From IMG/VR virus record IMGVR_UViG_3300031997_002780, positions 7,919 to 71,918 of that record: a stretch of DNA of 64,000 bases; one strand, given 5' to 3'. The notes under the pieces are model-generated. The model saw nothing but the letters and a program-made list of their open reading frames with translations, made no database searches and was not told the origin of the DNA. Below are positions 29,027 to 38,900 of the stretch, in pieces. Positions within the stretch are counted from its first letter, which is position 1, and each line of letters starts with the position of its first letter. The DNA is from a virus. Both the position numbers and the translations under genes were made by a program.

Positions 29027-30499
29027 TTATTCTAATAAATACCATCTTTGACTATATTCATATGGTATAATATCAGTTCGAGAGTATATCAAAACAATAC
29101 ATTTTCCATCTAATATTCTGAGATATGCCATACGATTCCAATTATTAAAAGGAGGACCACCAATAGGATAAAAAAAACTCAAAGGTGGCTCAATTGGGAT
29201 GTCTCTGCTTATTCCACCATTGAGAGATTTTCCTTCGAGTTTATCTAGTTGAAGGTTCCATACTATATTATTATCCATATCCATTTCTCTATATAGAGCA
29301 CCACCATCCCCCCAACCTTTAACTAGAGATAAATAAATTTCATCTATATAATTTAAGTTAGGAAAATCATAGAATGGAGCCATTCCTGGCATTGAACTAC
29401 TACTCGGTTCATCAAATAGATATCCACGATTATGCCCTTGGTCATAGGTTCCAAACGCTAATGATAAAGGTAAAGAAATCTCTTCATCTAGAATAGCTAT
29501 AGGATTATTAAGGTTTACACTATATACACTAGAACAACCATTAGCTTCATACCATGCCGAAAAATAATACTTGTTATTCGTATAATCTAATGCTCCACCA
29601 TCTATATACCAATATTCGGGGTCTTTCAATATATTATTTAAAATGGTTATATTTCCGTTTATTATATCCACCATAACAATTTCAATTTGAGGTGCTGGAT
29701 AATATGGTGGGTTGTAGTTGTCCCATAAACCATTTTCACAACAAACCCCAAAAACAATTAGATTATTGTGTATAGTAGCGGTAGTATGTTGATAATATAG
29801 TGAATATAGGTCAGCATTATAATCAAAAAGTTTTACCCAATTATCGAACACTTGACCAGTTGCAATGTTATATACAATACTTCTGCAAACATAATCGAAT
29901 CCGTCTCCCTCATCTAACATATATAACCAGAACAAATATATACAATCATAAGCTCCATATTTTACATGAAGTGTATGAATATTATCCCATATTCCATATA
30001 TCGAACCTTCCCATATATCGTAATATTCCCATGAATATATGTTTTCTGTTGTTACGTCATTATCAGTGAAAGTAATCTTTTGAAGACGCATAATATCTTG
30101 TACATTTTCAATATAATCTTCTACGATTATATATACTTCATTATCGCTAACTGTAGCCATATCATAAATCCAACCCTCGGGAGGTATATAATGCACAGCA
30201 TCACCGACTTCATTTGTTGGTATCCAGCATAAATGAGTATCAAAAGTTGGGTCTTCCCAACGAGGTATCATTATAAAAGCATGATTTGCAGACATTTCAC
30301 AAAGAAAACCATCGAAGCCATATAATGGTGTTAATATCTCCCTTGGTGTCAGTGTGGTAACATTATTCGGTATTGTTTGTCCTAGTTCCCAGGGGTAATA
30401 GACCTTGAATCTATAGTCTGCACCTCCTGACATGTGATGTATTAAACAAGGTATCTGGCTTCCCTCAAGAAATAAATTTGCATATTCGTTGTATGTCAT
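29027..30499 (-). CDS. Variable beta-rich protein (paralog 2)
   Basis: N-terminus MTYNEYANLFLEGSQIPC. Confidence 0.55.
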   Translation of the reverse strand: MTYNEYANLFLEGSQIPCLIHHMSGGADYRFKVYYPWELGQTIPNNVTTLTPREILTPLYGFDGFLCEMSANHAFIMIPRWEDPTFDTHLCWIPTNEVGDAVHYIPPEGWIYDMATVSDNEVYIIVEDYIENVQDIMRLQKITFTDNDVTTENIYSWEYYDIWEGSIYGIWDNIHTLHVKYGAYDCIYLFWLYMLDEGDGFDYVCRSIVYNIATGQVFDNWVKLFDYNADLYSLYYQHTTATIHNNLIVFGVCCENGLWDNYNPPYYPAPQIEIVMVDIINGNITILNNILKDPEYWYIDGGALDYTNNKYYFSAWYEANGCSSVYSVNLNNPIAILDEEISLPLSLAFGTYDQGHNRGYLFDEPSSSSMPGMAPFYDFPNLNYIDEIYLSLVKGWGDGGALYREMDMDNNIVWNLQLDKLEGKSLNGGISRDIPIEPPLSFFYPIGGPPFNNWNRMAYLRILDGKCIVLIYSRTDIIPYEYSQRWYLLE

Positions 30500-30508
30500 A
30501 ATTTCACC

Positions 30509-31864
30509 TTATGTTATTATATAATGATTCCAACCATAATTATAACTTGATGGTTGTTGAATTTTCATATTTACTATAATTCTATCTCCCGCTTGCATAC
30601 AACTACTATTATATCCTGCAACCCATTCGGCAGCGGGTATAGAAATATTACGCATGATTGTTCCATCAAACGCTAATTGTTTTAATGATAGATTTTCCCA
30701 ATCGAACCACCATAAAGAAGGACCATACTCGTCTATTAAATTAGCTGTACTAGACCAAACGCCGGAAGAATCAAGCGGTAATGTTCCCTGAGATATCATT
30801 CCATCTACTTTGTAAAGGCTTCCGGTAGAACTAGATATAATATATGCATTATCTTTTGTTGAAAAAGGTACAGGGTCAAGAATGTCTGTTATTCTTGATA
30901 TATTGTTGGTTTCGGGATAATATATTATAAATCCTTGGTCTGTAGATGTAAATATTGCAAACTTATTTTGGTTATCAGGAGCAGAACCATACAGCTTCAT
31001 ACTGTTTCCTCCAATTTCTCCGTATACAGGAGAACTAGTTATTAATGAATTATCGCTTAATTTTAGGGAGTGTGCCACAATAAGAGGAGGTCCTCCACCA
31101 ACATAATAAGAATTACAAACAACCAAATAGTCTTCTCCTAAAAATACAAAATCAAAATTTGGTACATCATCATAACCAATAATTTCTGAATTATAACCAA
31201 GTATTTCCCACGCTGTATTTTGTGTATAGTTTCTATACATAAAATGATATCCTGTATATTCTTCAATTTCCGAGTCATATGTATAACTCCATAGATATAT
31301 CCATAAATCCCCGTTGGATTTCATTAATATTGCCAAACTTCTTGGGTCAGTAACAATACCGTAGTCCACAGATGAACCTGTTTCAAAATTTAAAAGATAG
31401 ATAGGACATTCCCAGTATGGCTCAATCGAGTAAGACCTTGGAACAACTAATATTTTTCGGTCTTCCAAAAATGACATTAATACACCTGAAGATAAAGAAA
31501 AATCATCAAATGTGTTTACCGTTATTTGAGTATTTCCTTTCGTAATAATATTATATTCAGTTATCACTAATGTATCTTGACCAATCCCATGACCAGTAAC
31601 ATCTAGAAAATATATATAGTTTTCATTCACAATATGAGGGTCTGTCCAACAAACCCAATCTTGTCCTATTCCTAATAACACACTTCTATTTTCCCACATG
31701 AGGTCAACATTTTCGCTAAGATTTATTGTATTTCTGGTATCCCTTGTTTCTATTCCCATTCCCATAGTGTTAATACGATTATGTCCTGAATTACGTAAGA
31801 ATCCCGTTCTACAAGGCGTTTCACTACTATTTAAATACACATTACTATTTTCTTTATATGTCAT
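30509..31864 (-). CDS. Variable beta-rich protein (paralog 1)
   Basis: N-terminus MTYKENSNVYLNSSETPC. Confidence 0.55.
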   Translation of the reverse strand: MTYKENSNVYLNSSETPCRTGFLRNSGHNRINTMGMGIETRDTRNTINLSENVDLMWENRSVLLGIGQDWVCWTDPHIVNENYIYFLDVTGHGIGQDTLVITEYNIITKGNTQITVNTFDDFSLSSGVLMSFLEDRKILVVPRSYSIEPYWECPIYLLNFETGSSVDYGIVTDPRSLAILMKSNGDLWIYLWSYTYDSEIEEYTGYHFMYRNYTQNTAWEILGYNSEIIGYDDVPNFDFVFLGEDYLVVCNSYYVGGGPPLIVAHSLKLSDNSLITSSPVYGEIGGNSMKLYGSAPDNQNKFAIFTSTDQGFIIYYPETNNISRITDILDPVPFSTKDNAYIISSSTGSLYKVDGMISQGTLPLDSSGVWSSTANLIDEYGPSLWWFDWENLSLKQLAFDGTIMRNISIPAAEWVAGYNSSCMQAGDRIIVNMKIQQPSSYNYGWNHYIIT

Positions 31865-31888
31865 AAAATACCTCTTTTAATCATCTTC

Positions 31889-34264
31889 TTAAATATCGTG
31901 AAAAACTTCTGTTTTAGCATAATATTGACTGTGATATACGTTACAATTTCCACCGTTACTTGAAAAAGCATAACCCACTCCACCATTGCTATCTGCAACA
32001 ATAGTAGAATTTTCCACAAGCAGGTCTACCCCTAAACCACTTATATATACAGAAACCGTAGAGCCAGAACCACATTGATAAGCATATATTTCACAACCCT
32101 TTATCCTAGAAATTTCACTTCCGCTAGTAGTTTCTGTGGCAATCACTGTATAAATTCCATCAGCACTATTTGCTTGATTTATAATCTTTAAATTTTCTAA
32201 AAGACAACCGGGTTCTATTGTGACTTGTCCTTCAATGATACTTTCACGGCTGCTAACTCCAACTAAATTAATCCCAGTGGGGATAGAGAAATTTCCAGTT
32301 ATATCTACATCGGGAAGAAATATTACATCCCCCACTCTTGCCGCAGTAATTGCCGCATTAAGACCAACAGGAGTTGGGTCATACATTGCCACACTAACCC
32401 CACCTGAAAATAAAGTTATTTTAATTTCGGTAAGACCGCTTCCACTTCCCCCACCTCCTACTAAGCCCCATAGATTAAGGGGTATGCCATTCCATAGCAA
32501 AGCATTTGATATAAGATTTATACTACCGGGATTAATATCAATTTTTTCTGCTGGCTGTATGCCTCCTACTGTTATTCCGGTGGTTAGATTTAAATATCCG
32601 GCTTTATAATCCCTTGTCCAATTGTTAAATGCTTGGGAATTTAGATTTATAGCTGTTCCCGCATTCAACGCCTTAGTCATTAAATCATTAAAGCGATATG
32701 TCTCATCATTTAGACGTAAACGATTTCCAAATATTAATTTAAAATTTGTGGGATTATCAAAATCTATATCTGCCCCTAATAGTATGGGTAACAAATATCT
32801 TCCTGGTTCTATTTCTAATGTAATTTTTTTTCCTAAGTCTAATTGCGCTCCGAAGGTTTGTAAATCTTTAATTTGCAAGAAATTAACACTATCGATTTCA
32901 AAACTATATCTCGGCATTGATATTTTTTCTAAAATACCTACGGCTTGATTATATAACGATGCTTGTTGTAATAATTTCGATGCAGAAGTCATAATATCTG
33001 TTAATATAATATTATCATTAACATATGATGATTGTATTATAAAAGGTTGTAGTTGATTTAATTGGTTCATACTGAAGTTAGCAGGATTATTAAAACTTAA
33101 ACTATCTGCTATTCCAGCAAGAATTGTAAAATGTCCATCCATATTGCTCTCTAATATTGCTATTTCTGCTTGTACAGCACTTGCCGCTGTATATAGTACC
33201 ATCAAATATTCATGAATTTCTACCATTGTTTGGTCATCTATACTGCTTCCGCTTTGCAAATAAAAATTATATTGTGTTTGCCATGTGAGAGCAGAACCAG
33301 AAATGGTTGCTAATTGAATATCGTGGTCCATTTTATCTTCACTATCTTCAAATAAACTTAATATTTGAAAACTATATGATGGCATAAAATCTGAATATTT
33401 ATTTTCCCATTCCCCTATAGCGTCTATTAAAGATGAATCCATCCATTCTGTATTTTTAAAATATTGAAAATTATATATATAATTATTTCCTAATGGATTA
33501 ACATAAGTGATACCTAAATCACCACCACCAACAACAAAAAGGCAAGTAGCTAATTCATCTGTTACTTCATCAACTGTCATTGACGTAATTACATTATCAT
33601 GTGAGATAAATATATCTGTTAATTCTATATCTTCATTGGCATCATAAACAAATATCACATCATTAATCGTATCGAAATCAAAGATGCATTCATAGGCTTC
33701 TTCGATATCAGTCATTAAAAGATTATAAATACTCGTATCTGCTACATCAAAACTTCTGTATTTAGTATCAATTATATCAGGAATAATATCAAACGTCCAA
33801 CCAGCAAGATATTGCTGTAATTCAATATATAATTGTGTTAGAGTAACAGGAATTGGACCAAGCGATATTAGACTCCCGCTTGAATCATATAAACCATTTC
33901 CAGATACAAACGATGTTAATTTTCTAGATGACAATTCTACTTCTAAAGATTGGCAATCAACTTCTTTATATTTAATAATACCGTCATTATTTTCATTAAT
34001 ACCAGTTATCATGAAATATCCTATACTATCAACATATACTAATCTTCTATTGACAATATATGCATAATATGGCATTAAAATTCCATCAATATATTCATCT
34101 GCTCGAAAATTTAATTCGGAAATAGCATTGTATCTTGGAGTATATTTTCTTTCTGATATTCCCCCTAGTGCATATAATTTTTCTTTGTTCGGGTTACATA
34201 ATGTGAAGGTTGGAATCTCCGCTAGATTAAAAAAATCGAAGTTTATACTTGGAATTCCTGTCAT
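31889..34264 (-). CDS. Baseplate hub / Tal-like tail protein with a C-terminal beta-helix-like domain
   Basis: Follows Dit; LCNPNK, SEL.F, C.SLE.EL, FDFDT, VNPLGNNYIYNF.YF, PRYSFEID and GNR patterns. Confidence 0.75.
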   Translation of the reverse strand: MTGIPSINFDFFNLAEIPTFTLCNPNKEKLYALGGISERKYTPRYNAISELNFRADEYIDGILMPYYAYIVNRRLVYVDSIGYFMITGINENNDGIIKYKEVDCQSLEVELSSRKLTSFVSGNGLYDSSGSLISLGPIPVTLTQLYIELQQYLAGWTFDIIPDIIDTKYRSFDVADTSIYNLLMTDIEEAYECIFDFDTINDVIFVYDANEDIELTDIFISHDNVITSMTVDEVTDELATCLFVVGGGDLGITYVNPLGNNYIYNFQYFKNTEWMDSSLIDAIGEWENKYSDFMPSYSFQILSLFEDSEDKMDHDIQLATISGSALTWQTQYNFYLQSGSSIDDQTMVEIHEYLMVLYTAASAVQAEIAILESNMDGHFTILAGIADSLSFNNPANFSMNQLNQLQPFIIQSSYVNDNIILTDIMTSASKLLQQASLYNQAVGILEKISMPRYSFEIDSVNFLQIKDLQTFGAQLDLGKKITLEIEPGRYLLPILLGADIDFDNPTNFKLIFGNRLRLNDETYRFNDLMTKALNAGTAINLNSQAFNNWTRDYKAGYLNLTTGITVGGIQPAEKIDINPGSINLISNALLWNGIPLNLWGLVGGGGSGSGLTEIKITLFSGGVSVAMYDPTPVGLNAAITAARVGDVIFLPDVDITGNFSIPTGINLVGVSSRESIIEGQVTIEPGCLLENLKIINQANSADGIYTVIATETTSGSEISRIKGCEIYAYQCGSGSTVSVYISGLGVDLLVENSTIVADSNGGVGYAFSSNGGNCNVYHSQYYAKTEVFHDI

Positions 34265-34265
34265 T

Positions 34266-35069
34266 TTAGCCTCCTATTTTAAACCTCTCTGTAAATTTAA
34301 TTTCAAATAAATCAACTGTTTGCGGAGAAGAAACTGCTACAAGATTAATTTTTGGTATTAACCTAAACCAATAATTATTAAAATAAGTTAATAAACCAGT
34401 TGTATCTGATGTTATCATTTGCATATCATTATTTATTGTAGCTTCTATTGAAGCAGATGGCATATCTGTAAAACCAAACATCCTCTCATTATCTGAATAA
34501 TTAGTCATGTAAAAAGATGAGGGGGTTGCCCCACTCATTATAAAATGAACTGTTGGATATAGATATTCATCTTCGCTGGATGAGTTATAAATTTCAAGCA
34601 TTGCTGTGGATGTAGAAGAAGCACTTCCTGAAATAGTTTTTTCTGGTCCATAAGCCCAAGGACTATCACAAGATACTGTACATGTGAAAGCATAGTTCAT
34701 GTTTCCTATATATTGAGGTTCTGGATTAGTCATAAAACAATTAAAATAAGCCCCGTTTAAATCGTCTTGTAAAATATACAGTTTTTTATATTCCGCTCTA
34801 CCAAACAACCACGCAGAAATAAGGTCTCTGTCCATTGCACTGATAGGTCTTTGTGTAGCAAAAGTTAGGGGGAACTCTAAAACCGGTTCCTGTGTTCTGC
34901 CCAAAAAATAAATTTTTGATTTCCTTAAAACTCTTTGCGACAAAATATTCACATTCGCACTCCCCACACCAGAGAAAAGCCCGGCGCTCTCAAAGGTTAC
35001 AATCTTGAGGTCGAAAGTTGCAGATGGAATTCCATCATAAGAAAAGTCGAACGCATAGAAAGAACTCAT
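34266..35069 (-). CDS. Distal tail protein (Dit-like)
   Basis: F.YDGI.S..F.L, PVLEF, I.AWLF, CDSPWAY, IYNSS...YLYP, FRLIP..N; downstream of the tape measure gene. Confidence 0.8.
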   Translation of the reverse strand: MSSFYAFDFSYDGIPSATFDLKIVTFESAGLFSGVGSANVNILSQRVLRKSKIYFLGRTQEPVLEFPLTFATQRPISAMDRDLISAWLFGRAEYKKLYILQDDLNGAYFNCFMTNPEPQYIGNMNYAFTCTVSCDSPWAYGPEKTISGSASSTSTAMLEIYNSSSEDEYLYPTVHFIMSGATPSSFYMTNYSDNERMFGFTDMPSASIEATINNDMQMITSDTTGLLTYFNNYWFRLIPKINLVAVSSPQTVDLFEIKFTERFKIGG

Positions 35070-35071
35070 TT

Positions 35072-35896
35072 TTAACCTCCTTTTTCCATAAACATATTAT
35101 ATATATGTTTCCAACTCTCCCCTTTTAAAATATGATTAATATTTTTAGAAGAACATTTTTTTGAATATTTATCTGAAATTTCTTTTTTTGTAAATTTTTT
35201 AATAAAAAATGAATCTAGAATATCTAAAACATCTGATTCCTTAAGTATTGCTTTAGGGTTGTTTTCTCCTGTTCGGTTAGGATGATTTTCGGACATATTC
35301 TTTTTTGTCTCTTCAGAATGATGTTTTCCGAAAAAAGGATTATTTTCTCCAGATGAATCCCAATGATTTTTAGACATTTTCTTTTTTGTTTCTTCTAGCC
35401 TAGTTTTTCCTTTGTTAGAATTTGATATTCTTGTTTTTGTTTCTTCTGAACAATGTTTTCCAAAATTAGGATTATTTTCCCCTTTGTTAATTTCTCTTAA
35501 TTTGTTTTTTGTTTCTTCCGAGAGATGCCTTCCTTTGCCTAACTTTTTATGAGATTCTCTTAATTTTATTTTTGTTTCTTCTGATGTAACACGTCCGGAA
35601 GAACCATCCCCTCCTTTTGTCATATTATAACCAAATTCCGGATTATTGGTTTTATATTCCTTTATCCAATATATTTCTTTTTCTAACAAAATATTTTCTT
35701 CACAGTTTTCTATAATCCATAATTTAAAATTTTCTTTTCCATATTTACACCATGCTTTTCGAAGATGGTCATTTTTATGAATATTATTATTTAATTCTCT
35801 TTTATGAGCATTCCATCTTTTATTAATATTTACTGATTTTCCTATATATTTTTTATTGTTTATCATATTTTCTATACAATAGATTCCTGTTTCCAT
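35072..35896 (-). CDS. GIY-YIG homing endonuclease with NUMOD3 repeats
   Basis: GIYCIEN..N.KKYIG.S, GYN.T.GG, repeated GENNP.FGKH.SEETK. Confidence 0.9.
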   Translation of the reverse strand: METGIYCIENMINNKKYIGKSVNINKRWNAHKRELNNNIHKNDHLRKAWCKYGKENFKLWIIENCEENILLEKEIYWIKEYKTNNPEFGYNMTKGGDGSSGRVTSEETKIKLRESHKKLGKGRHLSEETKNKLREINKGENNPNFGKHCSEETKTRISNSNKGKTRLEETKKKMSKNHWDSSGENNPFFGKHHSEETKKNMSENHPNRTGENNPKAILKESDVLDILDSFFIKKFTKKEISDKYSKKCSSKNINHILKGESWKHIYNMFMEKGG

Positions 35897-35908
35897 TCTA
35901 TTCTCCTG

Positions 35909-35983
35909 TACTCCAAAAAATAAGAATGGGAAACGGGAGTCTCGTTTATCGGATGATTCATGAGGTCATCCTATCCCATTCTT
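35909..35983 (-). ncRNA. Candidate structured RNA (three-way junction plus pseudoknot), copy 1
   Basis: Minus strand: AAGAATGGGA TA GGATGA CCTCATGAA TCATCC GATAA ACG AGACTCC CGT T TCCCATTCTT ATTTTTT GGAGT. Same architecture as 60010-60090. Confidence 0.65.
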
Positions 35984-35989
35984 TTTAAT

Positions 35990-38900
35990 TTATATAGCAA
36001 ACGAATCCGCTGTCCTTCTTATACCCCTTCTTTCGAGGCTTTTATTTATTTCTTTGATTACATCTTTTTTAAGTTTAGGTAATACTGTTTTATCTAAAGA
36101 ACCGTTTACATTTATGTTCATTTCAAAGTTCATATCCCTATAAGTATTTTCACGAGGATTGGATGATATTGGTCTTGTCAATTCTCCCGAAGAACGTTGA
36201 GTTGGAGAGATTATTTTAATTGCTTCTATATTAAAACTGGGAGGTTGAGGAGAACCGTTTTTACCCATTGGCTCTACATCTAATCGATTTTTCCCTCTAA
36301 GTTTTAAAGATTTCTCTTTTTCTGAGAACATATTATTGATTTCTGTAGCTATATTAGGGAGTGTTTTTCTCAAGAAGGTTTTCATTTGGTCTTCTGTAGC
36401 TACATATTCCCCTTTTAATAGTTTAGCAAAAACTTCACTGTCTTTTAAAGTTCCTTCAAATACATCTGGTCCATGTTCAGAAGCAAAACCACCTTCATGA
36501 CGAGGAGGACGAGGAGGAGGAGGGATGACGGGAGGAGTGACGGGAGGAGTAGTAGGAACTATTATTGCTGGACCCATAGGAGGTGTCCAACCGCTAGGTC
36601 CGGGATTTAGAGGTCCAGCATTAAACGCCGCCTCTGCTGCTGCTCTTGCATTATTGCTTTCTGTTATTAATCGTTTCATTTCTTCTATTGTTACATTGAT
36701 AGCTTTTGTTAAATCCCCATATTTTGCAATATTAATATCAAGCATTCTCTGCATTGCTGCGTCATTAAATGCTCCCACTATCCCGTTTTCTATCATTTTT
36801 AGTCTTAATTGTTCAAGAGCCGATAGCATACCCCCGCCACCGGGACCACCACCCATAGCCTTTGTAATTTCATTAATTAAATCTAATTCATCCTGAAGTA
36901 CTTCTATTTTATCGCCTATTAATTCTATTTGGTCTTCAATAGGCTTTTTTAAATCCTCTATTGCTCGCTTTTCATCCTCGTATTGGTGTATTATTAAATC
37001 AATGGCTTCTTGTTGCAGAGTAAGTGGATATATTAGTTCATCTAAAGCTACTTTTTGCTGTTCTAGCGGGTATATTAAGTCTTCTATTCTTATTTTTTCT
37101 TGTTCTAAACGAAATATAGCATCTTCTATTGGTATCTTTTGTTGTTCTAGACCATATATTATGTCATTTATTCTTAGTTTTTCAGCTTCAAGAGGTACTA
37201 TTAGAGCGTCTATCGCTTCTTTTTGTGTATTATATTTGTCTATAATCTCTTGAATTTTAGCTATTTGGTCATCGAGTAATGCTTTTTGCGCATTCATACC
37301 CTTTTCAAAAGCCGCATATGCATCATCTAAACCGCGTACTTGAAGGTCATATTCTCTATCTTCTTGAGTCTTAGCTAAATCTTCTCTAGCTGCGGCAGCT
37401 TCTTCTTCTAATTTTAATCTTCTTGCTATACCTTCTTCGCTGGTATCTAAAGATGCAATAGCAATTTCGGCTTCCAAGTTAGCGAGGGCTTTGTTCTTTT
37501 TAGTAAGTTCATCTAAGAAGTCCGCTTCTTCTTTTCGAAGTTGTAAAGCTTCTTTTTGTAAATCGATAGCTTCTTTAAAACTGCTAAGTTGTTTATCAAT
37601 TGCATCTTTCTGCTCTTCCAAAGGTTTTATTAATTCTTCTTGAGCATCTATTAAACTATCAATAAGCTCTTTTTGCCGTTCATACATTTCTATTTCACGG
37701 TCAATTAAGGATATTTCCCTTTGATACATTTCTATTTGACGGTCAATTTCGGCTGTTAGCCTATTGAGCATTTCTACTTGACGGTCAAGTAAATCTATCT
37801 GCTGTTGAAGTACATCTATTTGACGGTCAATTGCGTCTTTTTGCTTTTCATAAATATCTATCTGGTCTTGAATTACTTCTTTCTTTCTATTTTCTATTTC
37901 TATTAAATCATCAATGGCATCTATTTGTTCATCATAGATTTCCAATTGTTCTTGCATTAATTCTATTTCGTCTTCGTATGCTTTTATTTGTTTTTCAAGC
38001 GCTTCTGCTCGTGGGTCTTTCTTTTGACCACCGCCACCAGATGGGGCAGCAGGAAGATTTATAGGGGCAGGTTCATATGGAGTTAGATTTGTAACAAACT
38101 TAAAAAGGTCTGCCATATATTTAGCTAAATCAGCCATAATTTTAGCTGTTTTTTGACCTGATTGTATAGCTGCACTTTCAAAACTCAATAGTTGTGCCGC
38201 TAAAGCCGCTTGTAATTGTTGAACGGTAGTTAGAGAATTACCATTTATATCTGTAAAAACAATACCTTGATTTTCGGCTATAGAAAACAATTGTTGTGCT
38301 ATAGTTTGAGTCATTTGTGTCCATTGAGCTTCAGTTACAGCAGCCATTGCTCCAGTTTCATTTGTATATTCAACTAAAGTAGTGTTTGCAGTACCAGCTA
38401 AAGCAATCAGTTTATTTATTAATGAATTATATAAAATATCATTGGTAGACAATAAATCTGCATTAGTCATCATCCAAGAGATTAATTCTGTTCTATATGC
38501 TTGTACCTTTGCGGGGTCTAATGCTGTTCCAGCCGCATTATCAAGGTCATTAAATGATTTTATTGGAATTTCTAAACCTGTATCTTTGGCTAATTTTTCT
38601 AACTCGGTATTTGTTTGAAGTATAGCATCTGAAAGAGCAATACTATTATCACCCGTTTGCATTAAAGCTTTACCAAGAGCATCAAGAGATGGAGAAAGTT
38701 GGTCTATAATTTGCATTTGAGCTTTAAATTCAGCATTTAATTGCTCTGTTGTTGCTGTAGCTGATGTTGCACCATATTTTTCATAAAATGCTTTTTCTGC
38801 TGCTAAACGTGCTTCTCCTATTTGATTTTGATAATCTACTTCCGCTTCTTTCATAGCTGCTAATAATTCAGGATTATTTGCAGCAGCTAGTTCCATTGCC

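Noticed and set aside
23403-31864. Diversity-generating retroelement or shufflon acting on fibre paralogs
   Set aside because: There is no reverse transcriptase in the window and no adenine-specific TR/VR pair was seen. All cassettes are co-oriented with their own starts.
35909-35983. RNA motif as a hammerhead ribozyme
   Set aside because: TCATGA sits in a hairpin loop rather than as a CUGANGA junction strand, and the GAAA/NUH core arrangement does not match.
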